35,610 nt of DNA from Clostridia bacterium (GTDB lineage: Bacteria > Bacillota > Clostridia > Christensenellales > Aristaeellaceae), in contig JAFSZW010000198.1 in NCBI GenBank assembly GCA_017458865.1, positions 1 to 35,610 on the forward strand. Reading direction: 5' to 3'. A program made the position numbers and the translations under genes. The notes beneath the pieces are model-generated. The model did no database searches, had not been told where the DNA came from, and saw nothing but the letters and a program-made list of their open reading frames with translations. Shown in pieces: positions 28,285 through 35,610 of this stretch; position 1 is the stretch's first letter, and the number at the start of each line of letters is the position of its first letter.

Positions 28285-29853
28285 ATGCCAAAGGTGAAAG
28301 AGGAACTGATTAAAGGGCACAGAGGGAAAAAGGCGGCGGAGACGAAGGACACGGACCGTCCGAACCCGAAGGGCATGAAGATAAAGGATTCAGGCAGGCC
28401 GCGGGCGACAGAGGGAAAGCGCAGGGAGCCTGCGGCTGCGAAAACACGGACGGACCGCAAGGGCGGACTGGATGTGTTTAAGGCAGTTGAGACGGCCGGC
28501 AAAAGTGCAAAGCCTGTGAAAGCGCCGAAAGCTGCCGGACGCAGTGCAGACGTGAAAGGCGTCACGGCCACGGAGCTGCGGGCGCTGATTATGAAAAAGG
28601 TGGATTTTGCCGTTGTCCTGATTGCGCTGATGACCGCGGTGTTTGAGACACTCGGCCTTATGCTGGCGGCTGCACATACGCAGGAGACAGTCGGCATGGA
28701 TTCCGTTGCGATGATTGCGGTTATTGTACCGCTCGGGCTGTTTACGACGCTAGTACTGCCGCGCATCATGCCGATGGATGCACTCATCATGGCACTCACG
28801 AACTTTCTGTGCGCTGTTGGGATTGTCACGCTCTGCACGGTATCCCCGCTGAGGGGCAACCGACAGATCATATCGTATGCACTGAGCCTGGCGGTGATGG
28901 TCATTACCTGCCTGCTCGTGACGCATCTCAGGCGGTATCATGTGCTTACTGTTCTGCTCATGGTCGCCGGGATCGGCATTCTGGTGCTGCCTCTGATTTT
29001 CGGTCAGTGGAACAACGGTGCCAAGAACTGGGTCAGCGTGCCGGTCCTGGGCTCTTTCCAGCCCAGTGAGCTGGTGAAGATATCGGTGGTGTTCGCACTG
29101 GCCTATTATTTCAGCGCGCACAGAACGCTGATTCAGATGATGCCGGCTTTGATCTTCTCCATCATCTGCCTCCTGATCCTGATGCTTCAGCGTGACCTGG
29201 GCACAGCCCTCATCTACTATCTGTCGACGCTTACGGTCTTCTACATTGCCTGTGGGAATATCCCGCTGTCGCTCCTGGGAATGGGCGGCGGTGTCGGGGC
29301 GGCTATCTTGGGTTACAGGATGTTTGCCCATGTCAAGGTGCGCGTCGCCATGTGGCGAAACCCGTGGAGCGATCCGACGGGAAGCGGATACCAGATCATC
29401 CAGGCACTTCTGGCGATCAGCTCAGGCGGGCTGTTCGGCCTGGGTCTGGGACAGGGAACACCGGAAAAGATCCCGGCCTATTACAATGACTTTATTTTCG
29501 CAGTTATCTGCGAACAGTTCGGGCAGATTTTCGGCCTGCTTCTGATCGCCATCTATGTGATCCTCATTGTGCGTGCGGTAACGATAATCGGCCGCTCGCG
29601 CCGTTCGCTGACGATGCTGCTCGGGTATGGAACGATTGCAATGCTGGGCATCCAGACGTTCATGATTACGGCAGGCGTGATCAAGCTGATTCCGCTGACC
29701 GGCGTGACCATGCCGTTCCTGAGCTACGGCGGCTCTTCGCTCCTGTCATGCATGACCATGGTCGGCATTCTTCATGGTATTGCCGGCAAGGTGCAGACTG
29801 AGACGGAGGAGGATATCCTGGTGAAACATATTGGAAAAGGGAGGCGCGACTGA
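28285..29853 (+). CDS. FtsW/RodA/SpoVE (SEDS) family peptidoglycan polymerase with a ~100-aa basic N-terminal extension
   Basis: A multi-TM SEDS core starts at about MKKVDFAVVLIAL, with typical blocks GAKNWVSVPVLGSFQPSELVKI, QRDLGTAL, SGYQIIQALLAISSGGLFGLGLG, DFIFAVICEQFG and PLTGVTMPFLSYGGSS. The first ~100 codons are K/R/P/A/T-rich but show codon-like periodicity. The start is uncertain. Confidence 0.85.
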   Translation: MPKVKEELIKGHRGKKAAETKDTDRPNPKGMKIKDSGRPRATEGKRREPAAAKTRTDRKGGLDVFKAVETAGKSAKPVKAPKAAGRSADVKGVTATELRALIMKKVDFAVVLIALMTAVFETLGLMLAAAHTQETVGMDSVAMIAVIVPLGLFTTLVLPRIMPMDALIMALTNFLCAVGIVTLCTVSPLRGNRQIISYALSLAVMVITCLLVTHLRRYHVLTVLLMVAGIGILVLPLIFGQWNNGAKNWVSVPVLGSFQPSELVKISVVFALAYYFSAHRTLIQMMPALIFSIICLLILMLQRDLGTALIYYLSTLTVFYIACGNIPLSLLGMGGGVGAAILGYRMFAHVKVRVAMWRNPWSDPTGSGYQIIQALLAISSGGLFGLGLGQGTPEKIPAYYNDFIFAVICEQFGQIFGLLLIAIYVILIVRAVTIIGRSRRSLTMLLGYGTIAMLGIQTFMITAGVIKLIPLTGVTMPFLSYGGSSLLSCMTMVGILHGIAGKVQTETEEDILVKHIGKGRRD

Positions 29854-31256
29854 TTAAGATTATTCGTTTACGCGCCCGCATGATGATTTTTGCCATCATC
29901 CTGATGTTCATCCTGGTTGCCGTCTATTTCTGCTATTCGGTCTACTTTTACGGAGGACGCTGGGTGGCCAATCCGTACAATCCGCGGATAAACAACCAGA
30001 AACGGTATGTCAGAATGGGCACGGTCACGGACCGGACCGGTGTCGTGCTTGCCTATTCAGAGGCAGATGGCAGCCGGCATTACAATAACAGTGCGGCAAT
30101 CCGGAAAGCGGTGTCTCAGGTGATCGGCGACAGTGGCGGGAAGGTGTCAACGGGCGTGGATACCTTCCATGCACAGTATCTCCTGGGGTTCAAAGCCAGT
30201 ATATTTGAGCGCCTTCGGGATGCCATTACCGGGACAGAGCAGCAGGGCGACAACCTGGAGCTGACGATCTCGGCGGAACTGTCAAGATACATCACTGAGC
30301 AGTTCCCGTCCGGCAAGCGCGGCGCGGTGGTCGTCATGAACTACAAGACGGCAGAGGTGCTGGCAATGGTTTCCCTGCCGCAGTTTGATCCCGTCCATCT
30401 CGAAGCGGCACTTGAGGACAGTGAGGCGGGCGCACTCATGAATCGCTGCACGCAGGGACTGTATCCGCCCGGCTCTACTTTTAAGATTGTGACCATGATC
30501 TCGGCCATTGACAATCTGCAGGACCTGGATGACTTTGCCTTTGACTGTACAGGGTATTATCCGGTTGGCAATTACTCGGTGACGGAAACGACTGCCCACG
30601 GCATTCAGGATCTCAAAAGCGCGTTTGCCAATTCGTGCAATACCACATTTGCGGCCCTTTCGCAGCAGCTGGGCTACAAGCTGATTGGCGATTCCGCGGA
30701 ACAGCTCGGATTCAATGAGAATTTCCTGTTCAATGACATGATTGTCTACAATTCCAGCTATCCTGCGGATGATCTCAGCCCGGAGGACCTTGCCTGGTCG
30801 TCTATCGGGCAGGGACGCGTGCTGGCAACGCCCCTTCACATGGCCCTGATTGCCTGCACCATTGCAAATCAGGGGATCTTCAAGGAGCCGAGACTCCTGC
30901 ACAGGATCGTGACGTCCGGGGGCTCCGAGCGCATGCTCCCGTTTGCAGCGTCGGATAAGAGTGTCGTTCCGTATGAAACCGCGCTGCAGCTTGAGCGCGA
31001 TATGATAGAGACCGTCAAAAAAGGCACCGGCACCCGCGCTGCCCTGAGCGGCTATACCGTCGCAGGCAAGACTGGATCTGCTGAGGTGAGCAATGACAAG
31101 AGTGTTGAGGCACACGCCTGGTTCGTCGGATATATCACGGATGAGAAGGCACCATATGCAGTCTGTGTGTTGATAGAAAATGGCGGGAGTGGCGGACGGA
31201 ATGCCGCACCGCTGGCCAGACGGGCACTGCAAAAAGCGATAAACCTGCAGCTTTGA
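29850..31256 (+). CDS. Class B penicillin-binding protein (PBP2/PbpA-like transpeptidase)
   Basis: Motifs SxxK (GSTFK), SxN (NSCN) and KTG (GKTGSA). The track start ATG 29880 has no RBS. An in-frame CTG at 29850 or ATT at 29853 lies 5-8 nt after AAGGGAGG and overlaps the FtsW stop. It would add LIKIIRLRAR, a typical positively charged pre-TM segment. Confidence 0.88.
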   Translation: MIKIIRLRARMMIFAIILMFILVAVYFCYSVYFYGGRWVANPYNPRINNQKRYVRMGTVTDRTGVVLAYSEADGSRHYNNSAAIRKAVSQVIGDSGGKVSTGVDTFHAQYLLGFKASIFERLRDAITGTEQQGDNLELTISAELSRYITEQFPSGKRGAVVVMNYKTAEVLAMVSLPQFDPVHLEAALEDSEAGALMNRCTQGLYPPGSTFKIVTMISAIDNLQDLDDFAFDCTGYYPVGNYSVTETTAHGIQDLKSAFANSCNTTFAALSQQLGYKLIGDSAEQLGFNENFLFNDMIVYNSSYPADDLSPEDLAWSSIGQGRVLATPLHMALIACTIANQGIFKEPRLLHRIVTSGGSERMLPFAASDKSVVPYETALQLERDMIETVKKGTGTRAALSGYTVAGKTGSAEVSNDKSVEAHAWFVGYITDEKAPYAVCVLIENGGSGGRNAAPLARRALQKAINLQL

Positions 31257-31269
31257 TGCTGCCTGCTAT

Positions 31270-31308
31270 AAAGCCGGAGCCGCGGACATTGTCCGCGGCT
31301 CCGGCTTT
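31270..31308. terminator. Bidirectional intrinsic terminator between the PBP gene and tmcAL
   Basis: AAA-GCCGGAGCCGCGGAC-ATT-GTCCGCGGCTCCGGC-TTTGTT, a 15-bp perfect GC-rich stem. Confidence 0.85.
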
Positions 31309-31310
31309 GT

Positions 31311-32510
31311 TCAGATGATCTGGGTGGGAGCGCTCAGATCGCGGTTTCCCGTGCGGTATTCCGGATTCTGGCATCCGAGGGACCAGAGAATCTGGGCCCT
31401 GTGGTCGAGAAGATACTGCGTGGAGGACTTTGGCAGGTCACGTGCACGGTCAATAAGCGGAAGATCGCCCGCCGCTTTTAGCGCACTCAGCAGGGGCGCT
31501 GCCGTGCGCCGGAAACCGAGAATCCGAGCATACTGCGGTACATCAAGCGCATGGGCTTTTTCGCTGGTGAGGTCCAGCAGAATGCTGGAACAGATCCGGG
31601 AGAGCCGTGCATAGGTGAAGCGCTTGTTCTTTATGGCGGAGATCAGCGACTCACGGGAAATGGTCTCGGTGGCACAGTCCATGAAGCGATTGTGAATGCC
31701 CTCTGCCATGCCGTGGATTGCCGCCAGGGATTCAGGTCTGGATGTGCGAATCTGGTAAAGGAGGACGTCGGAGAGGGCGTTGAGTGGATGAATCCAGCCA
31801 TATGCCTCGGCGTCAAGATAGGGACTGGGATCCGGCATCGCTGCCTGGGCGGAGGTGCAAAGCGTGCCGCTTTCTGCTGCACTGCGAAGCGCACCTGCGC
31901 TGGCGAATGGCCCGGTTTCCGTGCCGTGATATGCCCCGATCCGGGGAACCGGAACAGGCACTATGGTATCCGGCAGCGCTTTCAGGTATTCAAGCGCCAG
32001 AATTGCGTTGGGCGCGGACAGGCGCGGGGCCAGACCCGGCACAGACAGACAGTCCTGAAGCGCAGCTGCATGCGCCGCGGGGTAGGACATGCCAAGGCTC
32101 AGATGGGCACGAAGTGCATCTTTGAATTCAGATGGTTCAGTCTTTAAGATGGCGGCCAGATCGGGCAGCAGCGGAATGAGGTCCGGCTCACAGCCAAAGG
32201 ACAGTGCTGAGCAGAGATTCAGTCCGTTGGCAATGGCGACGCCGCCGGCGGCAAATTCCTGGGCGGAGGCGCAGGAGAAGCGGACGGGGAGTTCAAGCAC
32301 CAGATCCGCACCGTTCAGAAGTGCGGACCTGGCACGGATATACTTGTCATAACGGGCAAAGGTGCCGCGCTGCGTAAGGACGCCGCTCATGATGCAGACG
32401 ATGTAATCCGCGCCGAACAGCCGCCTCGCCTCAGCAAGGTGATGCCGGTGACCGTTGTGGAACGGATCATACTCGCAGATGACAGCACAGATCCTCGACG
32501 TTTTTACCAT
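31311..32510 (-). CDS. tmcAL: tRNA(Met) cytidine acetate ligase (YlbM/UPF0348 nucleotidyltransferase family)
   Basis: The N-terminus ICAVICEYDPFHNGHRHHL carries the family-typical EYNPFHNGH-like motif, and the length is about 400 aa. I place the start at ATG 32510, with AAGGAG 7 nt upstream. Confidence 0.78.
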   Translation of the reverse strand: MVKTSRICAVICEYDPFHNGHRHHLAEARRLFGADYIVCIMSGVLTQRGTFARYDKYIRARSALLNGADLVLELPVRFSCASAQEFAAGGVAIANGLNLCSALSFGCEPDLIPLLPDLAAILKTEPSEFKDALRAHLSLGMSYPAAHAAALQDCLSVPGLAPRLSAPNAILALEYLKALPDTIVPVPVPRIGAYHGTETGPFASAGALRSAAESGTLCTSAQAAMPDPSPYLDAEAYGWIHPLNALSDVLLYQIRTSRPESLAAIHGMAEGIHNRFMDCATETISRESLISAIKNKRFTYARLSRICSSILLDLTSEKAHALDVPQYARILGFRRTAAPLLSALKAAGDLPLIDRARDLPKSSTQYLLDHRAQILWSLGCQNPEYRTGNRDLSAPTQII

Positions 32511-32742
32511 AACAGCACTCCTTTTTTTGCGGAACATCGCATCTCATCCGGTTGCCGTTTTGACCGAATCTGCACATGGTCTGCAGGTGGTGGGGCAGTG
32601 GACGCGGCACACGGACCCGGATAACGGCAGAGATAAGGGCAGGCCGGGCGGGAAACGGCGGCATCTGCGCCATAAAACCGGACAAATGTCGCAGCCTGAG
32701 AAAAAAGAGGGAAAGAAACGGCGGATTTTCAGGAATTCTTTC

Positions 32743-32771
32743 TTTTCAAATCGCTGGAAATGCGTTATAAT
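32743..32771 (+). promoter_or_regulatory. Putative sigma-A promoter of pta-ackA
   Basis: TTTTCA (32743-32748), a 17-nt spacer, then TATAAT (32766-32771). Confidence 0.4.
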
Positions 32772-32829
32772 CTTTCCGCTTGTTTCATCAATCTTCTAAC
32801 AGTATATCATATTCGAGGAGGAGTTTAAA

Positions 32830-33828
32830 ATGTCTGTTATTGAGACGATCCGGGCCAAGGCGGCCGCAGATCCGAAACACGTTGTTCTTGCTGAGGGCAC
32901 GGAGCCCCGTACGATTCAGGCATCGGCAAAGATTGTTGCCCAGGGCCTGGCAAAGGTAACGCTTGTTGGACCGAAGGCTGAGATCGAGGCCAAGGCAGCC
33001 GAGCTTGGCACCAATCTGACCGGTGTCAATATCGAAGATCCCGCCGACAGCCCCAGGACGGCCGGCTATGCGGAGCAGCTCTTTGTCATCCGTGAGAAGA
33101 AGGGTATGACCCGCGAGAAAGCAATGGAACTCTGCCTCACCAATACACTGTTCTATGGCACCATGATGCTCAAAATGGGCGACGCGGATGCCATGGTTGC
33201 AGGCGCTATCAATACAACCGGCAACGTGCTGCGTCCTGCGCTGCAGATCATCAAGGGTGCCCCGGGAATCAAGACTGTTTCCTCCTGCTTCCTGATGGAA
33301 GTCCAGAATGAGGCTTATGGCGACAACGGCGTGCTGGTTTTCGGTGACTGCGCTGTGAACATTGACCCGACATCTGAGCAGCTGGCTGATATCGCGATGG
33401 CCTCTGCTCAGACCGCGAAGTCCCTGCTCGGCATGGATCCGCGCGTTGCAATGCTCTCCTTCTCCACGAAGGGCTCTGCGAAACATGATCTCGTGGACAA
33501 GGTATCCAAGGCTGTGGAACTCGTGCATGAGCAGATGCCTGAGCTCAACGTGGACGGCGAGATGCAGGCAGATGCCGCACTGGTCGCATCTGTTGGCGAA
33601 CTCAAGTGCCCGGGCAGCCCGGTTGCCGGCAAGGCGAACGTCCTGATCTTCCCGGATCTCCAGGCGGGCAACATCGGCTACAAGCTGGTGCAGCGTCTTG
33701 GCAATGCGAAGGCCATCGGCCCGGTCATCCAGGGTCTGGCAAAGCCGGTCAACGATCTCTCCCGCGGCTGCTCTGTGGATGACATCGTGGATGTTGTTGC
33801 GATCGCAGCGGTCAAGGCACAGGCCTGA
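32830..33828 (+). CDS. pta: Phosphate acetyltransferase
   Basis: 332 aa short-form Pta. Blocks include [34 protein letters not shown] and [28 protein letters not shown] is present. Confidence 0.95.
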   Translation: MSVIETIRAKAAADPKHVVLAEGTEPRTIQASAKIVAQGLAKVTLVGPKAEIEAKAAELGTNLTGVNIEDPADSPRTAGYAEQLFVIREKKGMTREKAMELCLTNTLFYGTMMLKMGDADAMVAGAINTTGNVLRPALQIIKGAPGIKTVSSCFLMEVQNEAYGDNGVLVFGDCAVNIDPTSEQLADIAMASAQTAKSLLGMDPRVAMLSFSTKGSAKHDLVDKVSKAVELVHEQMPELNVDGEMQADAALVASVGELKCPGSPVAGKANVLIFPDLQAGNIGYKLVQRLGNAKAIGPVIQGLAKPVNDLSRGCSVDDIVDVVAIAAVKAQA

Positions 33829-33845
33829 GAAAGGATATAGGAAGT

Positions 33846-35042
33846 ATGAAAATTCTTGTCATTAACGCCGGTTCTTCTTCTCTCAAGTATCAGCTGATTG
33901 ACATGGACGACGAGTCCGTCAAGGCGAAGGGTCTTGTCGAGCGCATCGGCATTGAAGGCACGCATTTCAAGCACAGCGTTGTCGGCACTGATAAGGGCAT
34001 CGAGTTCACCCGCAACATGGCGGACCATACTGAGGCCATTTCCGCAGTTCTCGAGGCACTGGTAGACAAAGAGAACGGCGCTATCTCCTCTCTGGATGAG
34101 ATCGGCGCAAGCGGACACCGCGTCCTGCACGGCGGCGAGACCTTCAAGGAGTCTGCACTGGTGACCGAGGAGTCCCTGGCAGAGATTGAGGCCCTGATCC
34201 CGCTTGGACCGCTGCATCAGCGGGCAAACATCGCCGGCATCAAGGCTTGCCAGAGCGTCATGCCGGACAAGCCAAACGTTGCTGTCTTTGATACCGCTTT
34301 CCATCAGACCATGCCGCCGAAGGCGTACCTGTACGGCGTACCGTACAAGTATTATGAGACCCTCAAGGTCCGCCGCTACGGCTTCCATGGCACGAGCCAT
34401 CGCTTTATCGCAGGCGAGGCGCCGAAGTACATCGGCAAGAAGCCGGATAACTGCAAGCTGATCATCTGCCATCTGGGCAATGGTTCCTCCCTGAGCGCCG
34501 TCGTGAACGGCAAGGTTGTGGATACCTCCATGGGCCTTACGCCTCTTGAGGGCCTGCTGATGGGCAGCCGCTCCGGTGACGTAGATCCCGCTGTTCTTGA
34601 GTACATCATGGACAACACCGGAATGAACATCCACGAGATGCTGAACATGCTCAACAAGCAGTCCGGCTTCGCGGGTCTCTCCGTTTCGAGCGACATGCGT
34701 GATGTGAAGGCTGCTGCTGCCAAGGGCGACGAGCTTGCTCAGAAGGCAGTTGCCGTGTGGACCTATCGTGTCCAGAAGTACATCGGTGCCTACAATGTAG
34801 CAGTCGGTGGCGCGGATGCGATCGTCTTCACAGCCGGCATCGGCGAGAATGACATTGAGGCGGCAAGGGACGTCATCGGCGGCCTTGACTTCCTGGGTGT
34901 CAAGATTGATCCGGCCAAGAACGTACGCGGCAATGCAGGCGTCATCAGCACCGATGATTCCAGCATCGCTGTCCTGCGTCTTTGCACCAATGAGGAGCTT
35001 CCGATTGCCCGTGATACCCTGGCAATCGTCAGCAAACTCTGA
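33846..35042 (+). CDS. ackA: Acetate kinase
   Basis: 398 aa. Blocks MKILVINAGSSSLKYQL, HRVLHGGE, FDTAFHQTMP, RRYGFHGTSH, ICHLGNGSS and VFTAGIGEN. Confidence 0.95.
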   Translation: MKILVINAGSSSLKYQLIDMDDESVKAKGLVERIGIEGTHFKHSVVGTDKGIEFTRNMADHTEAISAVLEALVDKENGAISSLDEIGASGHRVLHGGETFKESALVTEESLAEIEALIPLGPLHQRANIAGIKACQSVMPDKPNVAVFDTAFHQTMPPKAYLYGVPYKYYETLKVRRYGFHGTSHRFIAGEAPKYIGKKPDNCKLIICHLGNGSSLSAVVNGKVVDTSMGLTPLEGLLMGSRSGDVDPAVLEYIMDNTGMNIHEMLNMLNKQSGFAGLSVSSDMRDVKAAAAKGDELAQKAVAVWTYRVQKYIGAYNVAVGGADAIVFTAGIGENDIEAARDVIGGLDFLGVKIDPAKNVRGNAGVISTDDSSIAVLRLCTNEELPIARDTLAIVSKL

Positions 35043-35056
35043 TAGCCATTTTTACA

Positions 35057-35095
35057 GCACCTTCAAAAAAGCAAAAAATGCTTCTTTGAAGGTGC
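35057..35095 (+). terminator. Long hairpin after ackA (weak terminator candidate; only a TT tail)
   Basis: GCACCTTCAAAAAAGC-AAAAAAT-GCTTCTTTGAAGGTGC pairs at 15 of 16 positions. It abuts the next promoter. Confidence 0.45.
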
Positions 35096-35124
35096 TTGAC
35101 AAGGCTATTGCACATGAGTATAAT
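35096..35124 (+). promoter_or_regulatory. Consensus sigma-A promoter upstream of yceD
   Basis: TTGACA (35096-35101), a 17-nt spacer, then TATAAT (35119-35124). Confidence 0.65.
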
Positions 35125-35152
35125 GTTGCACGGTCTGTTTTGAGGTGGAAAG

Positions 35153-35610
35153 ATGAAGCTGGATATCACAAGGGGCATTCAACGCAACGGCATTGAGGTG
35201 CCGTTTGATCTGTCTGAATCCTGGAATGAGGACAGCTGGAACGGGGATGTGATCCGGTTCGCAGAGCCAGTCACGTTCTCCGGTACTTACATGATCTCGG
35301 ACGAGACCGTAGTCATTCGGGGAATTGCAGAAACTGTCATAGAGGGACCCTGCGCACGCTGCCTGGAAATGTCACGTATGCCGGTTCAGGCTGAACTGTC
35401 TGAGGCATATGTACGGGACACAGGTGAGGAAATCATCCCGTTGGATGAGGAACAGTATCGATATCAGGGACATATCCTGGATCTTTACGAAGCGGTCCGA
35501 ACAGCAATTCTGCTTGAATTGCCCACGCGTTTCCTCTGCAAAGAGGATTGCAAAGGCTTGTGCCCGGTTTGCGGCATAAATCTCAATAAGAATTCATGTT
35601 CATGCCAGAA
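35153..35610 (+). CDS. yceD: YceD/DUF177 family protein (ylbN-like; usually precedes rpmF), 3'-partial at window end
   Basis: It is absent from the ORF track because it has no stop in the window. Sequence reads MKLDITRGIQRNG...EGPCARCLE...LCKEDCKGLCPVCGINLNKNSCSCQ, with the family-typical Cys pattern. RBS GAGGTGG lies upstream. Confidence 0.8.
   Translation, partial: MKLDITRGIQRNGIEVPFDLSESWNEDSWNGDVIRFAEPVTFSGTYMISDETVVIRGIAETVIEGPCARCLEMSRMPVQAELSEAYVRDTGEEIIPLDEEQYRYQGHILDLYEAVRTAILLELPTRFLCKEDCKGLCPVCGINLNKNSCSCQ

Noticed and set aside
30282-34634. Long minus-strand ORFs opposite the PBP gene, pta and ackA (30282-31232, 32788-33528, 33678-34634) and plus-strand ORFs opposite tmcAL
   Set aside because: They are antisense shadows of confidently identified genes. 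They have no SD sequences or recognisable domains.
31311-35610. Functional coupling of the acetate-dependent tRNA modifier tmcAL with pta-ackA, considered as a novel acetate-linked module
   Set aside because: As far as I recall, ylbM(tmcAL)...pta-ackA-DUF177(ylbN/yceD)-rpmF is a conserved housekeeping arrangement in clostridia, and ylbM-ylbN-rpmF occurs in Bacillus. The adjacency is probably ancestral synteny rather than a new system.

Overview
This 35.6-kb chromosomal segment looks like a moderately high-GC Clostridia-type (Firmicutes) anaerobe. It carries mostly housekeeping and central-metabolism genes. I found no rRNA, tRNA, CRISPR array or intact mobile element. All calls come from reading the sequence and ORF translations and recalling family motifs; no searches were run.

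Gene order, left to right:
- A minus-strand nitrogen-assimilation block: glnA, an ANTAR regulator, then gltB. gltB runs off the window start, so it is absent from the ORF track.
- A divergent, T-box-controlled asnB.
- A frameshifted Ntn-hydrolase pseudogene.
- A GH3 beta-glucosidase.
- An AT-rich spacer with one small orphan ORF.
- A tightly packed minus-strand operon: TM1266-type regulator, hydF, hydE, then a NitT/TauT-type ABC permease, ATPase and binding protein.
- An HTH-less LacI-family domain protein.
- A CBS-type family II pyrophosphatase.
- A decayed ATPase gene fragment, a TetR regulator and a histidine phosphatase.
- glgP and murA.
- An FHA-like protein, FtsW/RodA (SEDS) and class B PBP module.
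- tmcAL, pta-ackA, and the 5' part of yceD (DUF177), which runs off the window end.

Most noteworthy:
1. The [FeFe]-hydrogenase maturases hydF-hydE are translationally coupled to an ABC importer. They sit behind a leader that has a terminator hairpin, a duplicated ribosome-binding module and a Cys-containing upstream ORF.
2. The GS-GOGAT operon has an embedded ANTAR protein with an apparently pseudo-receiver domain, and a promoter-proximal terminator in front of glnA.
3. An Asn-type T-box has an off-state helix that also buries the asnB Shine-Dalgarno sequence.
4. An FHA/SEDS/bPBP module has no adjacent kinase or phosphatase, and its SEDS protein carries a long basic N-terminal extension.

The many long ORFs antisense to real genes are treated as GC-driven shadow ORFs.
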